A stretch of DNA of 42,976 nt from a virus. Position 1 is the first letter of the stretch. The number at the start of each line of letters is the position of its first letter. The stretch is from the IMG/VR virus record IMGVR_UViG_3300045988_151420, positions 1 through 42,976 of that record. The stretch is one strand, 5' to 3'. The position numbers and the translations under genes were made by a program. Below, in pieces: positions 32,247 to 41,111 of the stretch. Under the pieces are notes generated by a model. It searched no databases, was not told the DNA's origin, and saw only the letters and a list, made by a program, of their open reading frames with translations.

Positions 32247-32431
32247 AATACCCAGCAATCCGCCGTATGGATGGGCGCGAGGACGAGGTTCGTTGCAAGA
32301 CGATCGAGTTTCAGGAGCACAAGAGGAATCGAGCGAAGAGAATCAAGAGCACACGTCACGCTAAGCGCACGAATTTCAATTACAGTGACGGTTGGACTAA
32401 CCGTCTCATGGCAGAACTGAACGGAAAGTGA
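32243..32431 (+). CDS. Small basic protein.
   Basis: ATGA overlap; MKYPAIRRMDGRE...KRNRAKRIKSTRHAKR. Confidence 0.6.
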   Translation: MKYPAIRRMDGREDEVRCKTIEFQEHKRNRAKRIKSTRHAKRTNFNYSDGWTNRLMAELNGK

Positions 32432-32441
32432 AGAAACTATT

Positions 32442-32768
32442 ATGTCTACTTTTTCGAGTGCCCCGTCGGCGCCGACTCCCGCACCGCCTCCGCCCGCGAC
32501 CAGTGCACCTACTCCGCCGCCCCCGCCGCCTCGGCCTGCCCCGGCGCCCCCAACATGGTCTGTGCCGCTCAGTGTAATGGCACCCCCGCGCCCCACGAAT
32601 CGTTTCATGGCATGGCTTCGCGAGCCGAGGTCCACAGGCGAAGGTATGGCAATGGGGGCAGTCGCCCTCATCGTCGGTGTTATTGGACTGTCATTGGCGT
32701 GGCGTGCTTTTTGGTGGCTTCAAGTATTCTTCGCCTATTTCGCCACGGTCGGCACTCTCGGCAACTGA
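32442..32768 (+). CDS. Proline-rich protein with a C-terminal membrane anchor.
   Basis: PTPAPPPPATSAPTPPPPPPRPAPAPP, then GAVALIVGVIGLSLAW and FWWLQVFFAYFATVG. Confidence 0.65.
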   Translation: MSTFSSAPSAPTPAPPPPATSAPTPPPPPPRPAPAPPTWSVPLSVMAPPRPTNRFMAWLREPRSTGEGMAMGAVALIVGVIGLSLAWRAFWWLQVFFAYFATVGTLGN

Positions 32769-32773
32769 GAACA

Positions 32774-33367
32774 GTGTGGACGACTGTGGACGTGGTGTTT
32801 CTGAAGCCGGTTTGGCTGTATCTGTCGGACGGTAGCAAAGAGAGAATCATAGCGCAAACCGGCGACGACAAGGGGATTGGTTTCGATTCTGTTCGTGCTG
32901 GTGTAGAGCGTAGACACTATTTCAAGTACAGCGAGTATTCGATTACCCAGACAAAGAGAGGAGATTATGTTGTGTCGCCTGTAGATGATGAGAATGTCGA
33001 GGATGATGCGCACGAGAATGTCGTGTCTCGCCCGTCGCATTATGCGGCCCTCGACCCTGAGCCCATCACTTTCATTCGCGACAAAGACTATCTGACTGGC
33101 AGTGCTTTGAAGTATATTTTCAGAGCCGGCCATAAGGATGGTGCTGACGAGAATGTTGACATGGGGAAAGCGGCGTGGTATCTTCGTGAACTCGTCAACG
33201 AGCGGGGAGGCCAGACGGTGATCGCGATTCTGCGAAACGTCTACTGGGACACTATCGATAGACAGCTCATCCCAGAGGATCGCGCCAGGGAGGTTCGAGA
33301 CCGGCTCACAGAATTCACGTCCGCTATTTCACACGATCATCTCAGCAACTATATTCAGGAAGCATGA
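32774..33367 (+). CDS. DUF3310-like protein.
   Basis: SHYAALDPEPITFI...GSALKYIFRAGHKDG...MGKAAWYLRELV. The start codon is uncertain (GTG at 32774-32795). Confidence 0.55.
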   Translation: MWTTVDVVFLKPVWLYLSDGSKERIIAQTGDDKGIGFDSVRAGVERRHYFKYSEYSITQTKRGDYVVSPVDDENVEDDAHENVVSRPSHYAALDPEPITFIRDKDYLTGSALKYIFRAGHKDGADENVDMGKAAWYLRELVNERGGQTVIAILRNVYWDTIDRQLIPEDRAREVRDRLTEFTSAISHDHLSNYIQEA

Positions 33368-33831
33368 GTATTGTGGAGAATATTGTTGATATTGTTTTCG
33401 TTGATTTGGCGAAATGCGGTGAACTGTGGGGTGCGGCCGCGTTTATGCATGCCACCGACTGTAACTTCACTATCAGGAGCTATTCGATCGACCCGCCTGG
33501 CGCGATCCGTGCACTCATGCACACAGTGCAGCGCGTTCAGGGACTGACATTTGCCTTGCGCTCATGGCACGAAGGAAGGATCACTTTTACTAGATGCACA
33601 CATTCGGATGAGATGGGCGGGTATGTGCTCACTTATAGCGATTCATCTGATGATGGTGCGTACGTTTGTGCGATCATACTGTCGGAGCGCAGTAAAAACA
33701 CGGTAGGAATCGTACCGGGAGAGAATCCCGCCCTTGCCCTTGAAGCCAAAACAATTCTACGTGATAAAGGCTACACGGTCCACATGATCAAGGAAAACGA
33801 AGACGAAGGGGTACCGCAATGGCTACGCTGA
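33364..33831 (+). CDS. Hypothetical protein.
   Basis: 155-aa ORF with an ATGA overlap. Confidence 0.7.
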   Translation: MSIVENIVDIVFVDLAKCGELWGAAAFMHATDCNFTIRSYSIDPPGAIRALMHTVQRVQGLTFALRSWHEGRITFTRCTHSDEMGGYVLTYSDSSDDGAYVCAIILSERSKNTVGIVPGENPALALEAKTILRDKGYTVHMIKENEDEGVPQWLR

Positions 33832-34337
33832 GTGATTTCACTCTCCGACGCAGAATCGATTGGGGTGAACTCGTCTCTGACTGGCGCAAACCGCTGTCTA
33901 TTCAACCGGCGTCGGTGGAAGTGCGATTGGACGAAAACATTATCACCTACCGTCACGGTGACGAAAACATCACTATCGACGAGAATGGTTACGAGTTGCT
34001 GCCGGGTGAGTTTATTCTCGCGTCCACGCAGGAGAAAGTCAGCGTGCCCGCCGATCTAGTGGCCAGGGTGGAAGGCAAATCATCGTGGGCGCGACGCGGA
34101 ATTCTCGTACACGTGTCCGCGGGATACATTGACCCAGGGTTCCAGGGAAATGTGACTTTGGAGATCGCTAACCTGCACTCCAGTAAGCCCGCACGTCTTT
34201 TCTCTGGGGATAGGATTGCACAGATTGCTTTCGAGGACTTGGACAGGCCCGCCAGTACACCGTACGGCACCAACGGATTGGGTTCGCATTATCAGGGGCA
34301 GATCGGCGTCACACCGTCTGCTCGGGAGGTGGAATAA
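33819..34337 (+). CDS. dcd: dCTP deaminase family protein.
   Basis: GEFILASTQEKVSVPADLVARVEGKSSWARRGILVH..GYIDPGFQGNVTLEIAN...IAQIAF...YQGQ. Confidence 0.8.
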   Translation: MATLSDFTLRRRIDWGELVSDWRKPLSIQPASVEVRLDENIITYRHGDENITIDENGYELLPGEFILASTQEKVSVPADLVARVEGKSSWARRGILVHVSAGYIDPGFQGNVTLEIANLHSSKPARLFSGDRIAQIAFEDLDRPASTPYGTNGLGSHYQGQIGVTPSAREVE

Positions 34338-34591
34338 TGAGCAAGATTGACCGGCGGGAAATTGCGTTGGCGATTGTTAAGGAATTGCGAGACGCGATCA
34401 CGTCACCACGCATTTCCGACCGTGCAGGAGCCACTACCATTGAGTGTTCGTCGGGGAAGATCGAGATCACCGATAATGGCGTTGTAGTGACGACGAAGCG
34501 CGGCGTCTCGGCCGGATGGACTCATGAAGAATCCTGCAGTCCGGAGCATTCTGCGATGCGCTGCAACCTACTTTTGCGGAGCGTCTCATGA
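34337..34591 (+). CDS. Hypothetical protein.
   Basis: 84-aa ORF with GGAGGTGG upstream. Confidence 0.7.
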   Translation: MSKIDRREIALAIVKELRDAITSPRISDRAGATTIECSSGKIEITDNGVVVTTKRGVSAGWTHEESCSPEHSAMRCNLLLRSVS

Positions 34592-35055
34592 CAGCGAATA
34601 ACCCAATGCTGAAAATTGAGCACGAGATCAGCCTCACACAACTGTGGCTACCGAAGCCCGACGAGTGTGACATTGACGAAACACACATGGTCGCCCATCT
34701 GAAGTGGCACAACCAATATAAGGGGGTCGGAATTGACGTCACCGTAGAAAACGACGGTAGTGGTGCTGTCAGTAAATGGGTTGTCTGGGGCTGGCCATTG
34801 AGTGTCGTGGGCATTTACCATGAGACAAGCAGTGAGAACACGTCCTATCTTGCGCGCCGTCTAGCACGACAGTGGACTACCGTAGAGTGTGACGCAATCG
34901 CCGCTCGTCAATTCCGAGAGATCAATAATACGATTCACTCAATCCTGAACTCGCCGTCAATCGACGTTCAGGACGATGCTCGTTCCGACCTCATGGGCGT
35001 CCTGGACGATATTGCTCGCGAGCACGGAGGAAACTACCAACGCTTGGGACTATAG
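34588..35055 (+). CDS. Hypothetical protein.
   Basis: 155-aa ORF with an ATGA overlap; it is the last gene of the rightward block. Confidence 0.7.
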   Translation: MTANNPMLKIEHEISLTQLWLPKPDECDIDETHMVAHLKWHNQYKGVGIDVTVENDGSGAVSKWVVWGWPLSVVGIYHETSSENTSYLARRLARQWTTVECDAIAARQFREINNTIHSILNSPSIDVQDDARSDLMGVLDDIAREHGGNYQRLGL

Positions 35056-35075
35056 TCTCTCGCGCCGGGCATGAA

Positions 35076-35119
35076 AACATTCCCCGCTCACCGTGAAAGT
35101 GCGGCGAGCGGGGAATGTT
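35076..35119. terminator. Bidirectional stem-loop between convergent operons.
   Basis: 14-bp arms aacattccccgctc/gagcggggaatgtt. Confidence 0.7.
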
Positions 35120-35132
35120 TCACGTGAAACAT
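35115..35132. promoter_or_regulatory. Third copy of the palindrome: ATGTTTCACGTGAAACAT.
   Basis: Perfect 18-mer. It overlaps the 3' arm of the hairpin and touches the stop codon of the gene at 35132. Confidence 0.7.
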
Positions 35133-36127
35133 CAGGCGCCAGGCTGAGGAGACGGGGCCGGAGCCGCCTTGGCCTCCAACGCAGCAACGCGCTCAGCCAG
35201 ACCGAGGTAGCCGCCATGCCAAGCGACCACGCGCTCCATGATCCAATCCGACGGAGGATTCTGATAAGGATTCTTCTCGGGCACCCACTGGCCGCCCTCA
35301 CCCTGCACCAGCTCACCGTCGGTCACATACAAATGTGAAACACCGAATGACGCGGCACGATCGATTACCTGTCGGAAATTCTCTTTCGTAACCCCATGGA
35401 TAACATGCCACCACTTGGTGGAAGGCTGGGCCCGCATCACATCATTCGCGATCGGGTTATTAGGGGTGTCAGTCAAATACTTGGCGGCGGTATTCTCGAA
35501 GCTCATGCACACGTCGAAATCGAGTGAGCACACGGCCTCAGTAATATTACTGCCAGGGTTGATAGCGATTGTGAAATTCTTGCCGTAGGTGCGTCGAATT
35601 TCGCCGATGAGGTCACCGTACCATCCGACCCGTCCCGCCTGTGCGCCCCAGCCGTTGATTACCTCGTCCAAGAATACTCCCTGGAAAATATCCCCGTACT
35701 GGGAGCGCAGGTTGGCGCACAACTGCATAATATATTCACGCGTAAACTTGTCCGGGTCCGGCACACCATTCCGACCAGCATCACCATTGGCGAGTGACGC
35801 GACACCGTAACGGGTAGGAATGTACCAAAGAATTCTCTTTGCCCCGGCCGCCCGGGCGCGCTGAGCCTGCGTAAGAAAGTCGTTATCCTTGGCGGACCAA
35901 TCGCCCGTGGAGCGATTCATGATCACGTAGCCGAGAGCGTTCCCGTAGGCCAGTGTCTTGGCCCACTTTGAGATCTTTCCGGCCTGGCCTTCATTGTAGA
36001 AATCGGGCCAGAAGTACGTGACGGGGGAGTAGTAGTGTCCGCCGGCCGTGAAAGGCGAGATCGAGGAGAATAGCGGGGTCACCAGCTTATCAACGCCGGC
36101 CTTAGTGTACCCAGTAACGTTTGCCAT
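35132..36127 (-). CDS. Last tail-module protein; candidate spherulin-4-like glycan hydrolase (depolymerase).
   Basis: 331 aa: ...GYVIMNRSTGDW...AGAKRILWYIPTRYG...GVFLDEVINGW... The family call is from recalled pattern only. Confidence 0.4.
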   Translation of the reverse strand: MANVTGYTKAGVDKLVTPLFSSISPFTAGGHYYSPVTYFWPDFYNEGQAGKISKWAKTLAYGNALGYVIMNRSTGDWSAKDNDFLTQAQRARAAGAKRILWYIPTRYGVASLANGDAGRNGVPDPDKFTREYIMQLCANLRSQYGDIFQGVFLDEVINGWGAQAGRVGWYGDLIGEIRRTYGKNFTIAINPGSNITEAVCSLDFDVCMSFENTAAKYLTDTPNNPIANDVMRAQPSTKWWHVIHGVTKENFRQVIDRAASFGVSHLYVTDGELVQGEGGQWVPEKNPYQNPPSDWIMERVVAWHGGYLGLAERVAALEAKAAPAPSPQPGA

Positions 36128-36136
36128 CGTGTTTTC

Positions 36137-36529
36137 TCACTCTCCGTAAGTCCAGGTAAGACCATCATCGCTAACGGTGATCTTGCCAGTATTGCCCTGG
36201 CCGCCGCCGCCAGGATTGCCGGGATCAGGGGTGCTGCTGCCGTTCCATGCCGATAGGGAGGTTACCTGCACGTCGCCGGAGGCCGGCAATTCCGCTCCGC
36301 GGACTTCTCGCGCCCAAACTCCGGCAACATTTAGAACAATTGCCCATCGGCCGCCGTGGCTGGCGTTTACCTCAACCTCAATCCTGCCCTTGTCGTCGGC
36401 ATCGCCACGCACCGGGGCGGGAACGGTAGTAATATCGTCGGACGTGTACACGGTTTCGGGGCGGACGCTCATTGTTGCGTTGACCGTTTTGCCGGCCGCA
36501 TTCACAACCGTCGCTATGACCTTGGTCAT
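36137..36529 (-). CDS. Minor tail protein (small beta-rich domain).
   Basis: 130-aa ORF in the tail fibre region. Confidence 0.6.
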   Translation of the reverse strand: MTKVIATVVNAAGKTVNATMSVRPETVYTSDDITTVPAPVRGDADDKGRIEVEVNASHGGRWAIVLNVAGVWAREVRGAELPASGDVQVTSLSAWNGSSTPDPGNPGGGGQGNTGKITVSDDGLTWTYGE

Positions 36530-36570
36530 ATTATTATCACCTATTTCTAATAGTGAACTATATTTGTCGA

Positions 36571-37272
36571 TTACAGGTCAACGCGGGTAGCACCAAGGGT
36601 AGCCACCGTAAACACGGTACCCGGGAAAACGCCACCATCGTAATGCCAGTACGGGTCAGCACCATAACTACCCGCCGTAGTGTAAGCAACCCTATGCGAA
36701 CCGGCCTCTACGGAGAGGCGCCATTGCATATGATGCGTCATAAACGTACGATTGTACTGAATCTCGGTCTGCCAAATACCACGATTGTCGAGCTTGAAAC
36801 CGAAGAAATACGAGCCGACCGCCTTATCCTTCTCCTCCTCGGAATGATAGTCCTCGTGCGCAATGCTCACGCACACGTCAAGCGAGAACTCCATGAGACT
36901 CTTGATCGGCAGAGTGACGATACCGTCGCCCCACGTGTAAGTGGCGTGATCCGAGGTTGGGCGCCCACGGCCGTTCGTATTATCACGATGGCGATAGAGC
37001 ACACCGCTGAACGAGTTCGCCGGGTTAATGTTGAATGATCCGTCGCCTGCCTTGGAACCGTCGGCAGTGTACAGAATGTCGTCGATAATGAAAACTGCGG
37101 GGCGTGCTTTCGATACTGCTCCGGACGGTGCGGCCGCCAACATGACCCGTGCTGCCGCTACGGATGCCGCCGGCATAACCCTGCCAGCGGAATCATCGTA
37201 CGCGTCCCAGGCCTCAATGAGATTATCGTCTACTGTGGGGACGATACCGCCGGTCCACCTAGTGTTAGGCAT
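36571..37272 (-). CDS. Minor tail / receptor-binding candidate.
   Basis: 233-aa ORF downstream of the fibre gene. Confidence 0.6.
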   Translation of the reverse strand: MPNTRWTGGIVPTVDDNLIEAWDAYDDSAGRVMPAASVAAARVMLAAAPSGAVSKARPAVFIIDDILYTADGSKAGDGSFNINPANSFSGVLYRHRDNTNGRGRPTSDHATYTWGDGIVTLPIKSLMEFSLDVCVSIAHEDYHSEEEKDKAVGSYFFGFKLDNRGIWQTEIQYNRTFMTHHMQWRLSVEAGSHRVAYTTAGSYGADPYWHYDGGVFPGTVFTVATLGATRVDL

Positions 37273-37306
37273 ATTGTTTTCTCCTAAAAATATTGTTGCA
37301 CAATTT

Positions 37307-39223
37307 TCAGTAGGTGAGCCAGCTAACCGTCATCTCGCCCCAATCCATAATTGTACCCTCGTCAATATTCTGATACGTATAAAGCGCAATCCGATCCCCG
37401 ACATTCAAACGCCTAACACCTGTAACCTGCAACGCAGTCCAAAGGCCATGGTTCAACGCAGCATACATGTAAACACCATGTTCATCATCGTTGCTGCTAG
37501 AAACCTTCGTGCCACCAACGTATCCGGCCCACGATGACCTGTACCACGTTGTGCCGTCTAGACGATAAAGCCCGCTCTGCGGAATAATGATCTCAACGCC
37601 GTCTACCTGCATTCCACCACGAACAATTTTCTCATGCGACCCGACCGGGACCTTGGTCCATTTGTCTTTCACCGTCCACAGCCGGGCGTTATTTGTTGCC
37701 ATATGGGCGAAAGGCGGCTCCGTGAAAGTACGCCAAGACGACGTGTGAGGAGAAGCCGACCCGGGCGGGTCATAGGACACGCCATTCGTGTCCATGACGA
37801 GCTCGCCACCCTGACGATCAGTGATCTGTATTTTCGCAACACCCTCGTCGTCGCGGAAAATATGCAAACCAGAGGAGCGGCTCATTTTCCATGACACGTA
37901 CATGGAATAAATGATTCCGAGCGTCATTCCCGGCGTGAAAACGTCGTTCGTGCGGGCACTGATGTAGAAAGGCGTGTCCGTGTCTTGGATCCACGCACCA
38001 TCGGGGAGCGTGAAATCGAATCTTATCTTCTGCCCGGCCGTCGCTTGCTCGTCAATGCTAATGATTCTATTCTTGCCGATGTTGATTGTGAGAACAGCGC
38101 GTCCGTTCCACGACGGGGTGAAAAGAATATACCCCTCGACCTTGCCGACGCCCTCACCGGCAATACCGTATGTTTTTGGTTTCGCAACAGCAATGTCGTA
38201 GATTGCCATCTGCGCGCCATCGTTACGATTAGGACGATCCCTGTCCGTCAGAACGAACCGCGTGCCCCCCTCAAGCTCCTCCACGGTCGCGATTTTAGGA
38301 GACCAGATAGACTCCCAGAACCCGTATTCGCTACCAAGACCGAAACGAATATTCTTCTCGCCCGACGACGGCTCAGTATCAACGAGCGAAAGCTCACCAC
38401 CGATAAGGCGGTTACCAATGAGATCGCCGGTAACTTTTGCCGCATTGAATGTAGCATTCCCGGCGGTCAGCATCTCCGTAGTAACAGACGCGAACGCCGC
38501 AATCTTGGCCCAAAGTTCCCCAGAAGCGTAAATATTGCGAGCGGACACAGACCCGTCAGCGAGCGAGACATTCCCCACAGACGATGGGACAAGAATACTG
38601 CCGGCGACCATCGTCCTGGTCACCCACTGCATACCGTCCCAAATACGCACATCGGTAATGTGCCCGGCATTGTCGGTGACATACCAAATCAATCCTGTGA
38701 CAGGATTCTCGGGCGCGGCCCGGGCCACTACGGGCGGACGGTTAGCTTCCGCAATCTGAACGGCTTTTTCCGCGTCTTTCGCCGCTTTGTTCGCGGCGCC
38801 TTCGGCTTTGTTGGCGCGGTCGCGAATGGCGTCGGCTTCTTTGAAGGCGCGTTCGGCGTCTTTTGCTGCCTGGCTGAGAATTTTGCCAGTGTGCCCGAGG
38901 TTCTCAACTTTCGCGCCGGAAGGCGGCTCGGCGATAGGGTCACTGATCTTGACTACACGCCCGGATGAGTCAATGATGACGAGTACGCGGGCGCCTATCC
39001 ATGTGGCAATACCGTCAGATTCACCGACAGCGTGAGATGTTGGGTTGCTGTATGGGATTCCTACTTCTACCCATCCTGACGGGAGCGTAGAGTCGGTGGC
39101 GGACGTGCCAGTGATTTTCCCGTATGTCCACGATACTGAGGATTGCTGAACAATAACATTGTTATTGTTGCGGCCGCCGCCATTTCGTGGTGCCGTGTCA
39201 AGCAATAGTGACGGTTTAACCAT
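37307..39223 (-). CDS. Tail fibre / minor tail protein with an Ala/Lys/Glu coiled coil.
   Basis: 638 aa: ...AAKDAERAFKEADAIRDRANKAEGAANKAAKDAEKAVQIAEA... Confidence 0.7.
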   Translation of the reverse strand: MVKPSLLLDTAPRNGGGRNNNNVIVQQSSVSWTYGKITGTSATDSTLPSGWVEVGIPYSNPTSHAVGESDGIATWIGARVLVIIDSSGRVVKISDPIAEPPSGAKVENLGHTGKILSQAAKDAERAFKEADAIRDRANKAEGAANKAAKDAEKAVQIAEANRPPVVARAAPENPVTGLIWYVTDNAGHITDVRIWDGMQWVTRTMVAGSILVPSSVGNVSLADGSVSARNIYASGELWAKIAAFASVTTEMLTAGNATFNAAKVTGDLIGNRLIGGELSLVDTEPSSGEKNIRFGLGSEYGFWESIWSPKIATVEELEGGTRFVLTDRDRPNRNDGAQMAIYDIAVAKPKTYGIAGEGVGKVEGYILFTPSWNGRAVLTINIGKNRIISIDEQATAGQKIRFDFTLPDGAWIQDTDTPFYISARTNDVFTPGMTLGIIYSMYVSWKMSRSSGLHIFRDDEGVAKIQITDRQGGELVMDTNGVSYDPPGSASPHTSSWRTFTEPPFAHMATNNARLWTVKDKWTKVPVGSHEKIVRGGMQVDGVEIIIPQSGLYRLDGTTWYRSSWAGYVGGTKVSSSNDDEHGVYMYAALNHGLWTALQVTGVRRLNVGDRIALYTYQNIDEGTIMDWGEMTVSWLTY

Positions 39224-39233
39224 GATGCCCTGT

Positions 39234-40307
39234 TTATTCTCCCAGTACCTCTATGTCTACCCTCATTGTAGCGGACGGATCAGACAAAGGGAGACTATAA
39301 GCTGAGACACGACCCGCAATATGCTCACCCTGTTCGGTGATCGCACCGACGATATCCCCGACCTCGATACGGGCGTCAGGAATAATCGTCAAAGAGCGGG
39401 AGGATCGGGCGGAAATGTCTTGAATCATGTACGTGTCCGCGGCCTCGGATACTTCTCTCGCCGAGCTTGCGGCGCTGAATTCTTTGTGCGACGTAACCCA
39501 GCCGTAGCCGGCCGGCTCATATGGAGGGTCAGTGATTTCGCGTTCCGCGGTCCATCGTTCCTCTTGCTCGCCCTGGGCTTTCTGTTGCTTGCTGCCGGTA
39601 ACATACCATCGATTTGGGCGACGGCCGCCCGACCTCGGGGCGCGCGGGGCTTCCAAAAGGAAACCGGACTCGTACGTGTAAATCTCGTCAGGCGCAGTCT
39701 TGTCACGGAGCTTGAAAATGTGCAGCATTCCATCGGCGCCGCTACGAATACCGCAGCCCCGTGATTCGACGAGCTTATAGATTGATTCGATTCGCGAATT
39801 ACCCCATTGCGTGGTGCGCGGGATAGGCGCATCCCACACATCGTCCTCCAATTTCACTCGCACATATTCGGCAAGCTCATTGGCTTCGGAGAGCAGCGTG
39901 GCGCCAGCGGCAGGAGATGACGGCCACGGCCTCGGATTATCAGCAAGAATCTGCGTCAAATCCTTACAGGAAACATTCACTTTTTCTTTCGACACAGACC
40001 ATTCCACGTTGACGAACTCGCCGAGCGGAATTTCCCAATAATCGCCGCGCCGATTCTCATATAGCGCGGTCACCATGGAACGCTGCCCGAAATTGTTGAG
40101 CGCATCCAACGGCCACTCCGGCACCCATGACATTGGGCAAGAATAAGTTAGAGCGCCCGGAACTTGGCGGTTCGTTGAAGACCACTCGACCTTTACTTCG
40201 GAGGCGGGGATTCCCGCTTTGAGAACCTCTCCGCCACGAATGATATCGATTCTTGCGCCGATGCTGAGGCCGTCTGAAAGGGCGGCCAGCGTGGGGCCGT
40301 TTCTCAT
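39234..40307 (-). CDS. Tail tip protein (Tal-like).
   Basis: I prefer the ATG at 40307 (MRNGPTLAAL), which forms an ATGA overlap with the upstream stop. It follows the distal tail protein. Confidence 0.6.
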   Translation of the reverse strand: MRNGPTLAALSDGLSIGARIDIIRGGEVLKAGIPASEVKVEWSSTNRQVPGALTYSCPMSWVPEWPLDALNNFGQRSMVTALYENRRGDYWEIPLGEFVNVEWSVSKEKVNVSCKDLTQILADNPRPWPSSPAAGATLLSEANELAEYVRVKLEDDVWDAPIPRTTQWGNSRIESIYKLVESRGCGIRSGADGMLHIFKLRDKTAPDEIYTYESGFLLEAPRAPRSGGRRPNRWYVTGSKQQKAQGEQEERWTAEREITDPPYEPAGYGWVTSHKEFSAASSAREVSEAADTYMIQDISARSSRSLTIIPDARIEVGDIVGAITEQGEHIAGRVSAYSLPLSDPSATMRVDIEVLGE

Positions 40308-41083
40308 GGCATTCCCGCAATCATTTTGCAAATCTCAATGTACGTGCGCGATTTCCATACCTTGTCGACTTCACGCCATTCACCCCAGGTGACACATGGC
40401 GCGGCTCCCCAGCCCGCGTGAGGGCCGACAAGCATCGGCGAATCCTCGGGGAGCTCATGCCATTTAACGTTCCACCGAATGATACCGTCTCCCGTGATCC
40501 TGGCGCTGTCGACCTTATCTACGGTGATGAATCGTGATGGGAGAACGTCGGCGGGGGCGCCGGGCGTAAGAATGAGAGGCTCACGCTTCTGCAAGATTTC
40601 CCAAACGGCGTTAACGTGCGATGGGTCGTCTAGGACGAATTGTCCACCTCCGGTGCGAGCTACTTCTAACATCGGCCACCTGGCTATAAGTGAGTTATAT
40701 CTCGAAATCGGGGAGGACCATTCTCTTTTGTCCTGGGCCTCCTCCCAGATGAGCCCGGGCACGGTGCGCCCGTTGAGGCCGCTCACCATGCCGCGCCACC
40801 ACTCCACTTCAGGGCGAGTCAGCGTGACCGAGGAGTCGCCCTGAGTGTATTTTATTGTGGTGCCCGGCACGGCGTATGCGTCTGAGAGGATCATTGTTAC
40901 CGGCTCAGTGAGCTTGGGGCCCTCGAGCTCGCGAATCATTTTCGCCCTACCGGTAAGTGGTCTTTTGTCGCGAGCCATTCCAGGGACAGCGAAAAGACGA
41001 TCCCCCGCGTAGACGGGTTCCTTGCCGGTGGCCATTATTGACGGCAGCCCAGTGTGTGTAGCAATCCATCCCGTAATCGGCAT
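40304..41083 (-). CDS. Distal tail protein (Dit-like).
   Basis: 259-aa ORF directly after the tape measure gene. Confidence 0.65.
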   Translation of the reverse strand: MPITGWIATHTGLPSIMATGKEPVYAGDRLFAVPGMARDKRPLTGRAKMIRELEGPKLTEPVTMILSDAYAVPGTTIKYTQGDSSVTLTRPEVEWWRGMVSGLNGRTVPGLIWEEAQDKREWSSPISRYNSLIARWPMLEVARTGGGQFVLDDPSHVNAVWEILQKREPLILTPGAPADVLPSRFITVDKVDSARITGDGIIRWNVKWHELPEDSPMLVGPHAGWGAAPCVTWGEWREVDKVWKSRTYIEICKMIAGMP

Positions 41084-41111
41084 TATTATATGCTTTCCGT
41101 CACAATGGTTT

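Noticed and set aside
37985-38968. 327-aa plus-strand ORF.
   Set aside because: It is antisense to the 638-aa tail fibre gene, and its sequence is Arg-rich and low complexity.
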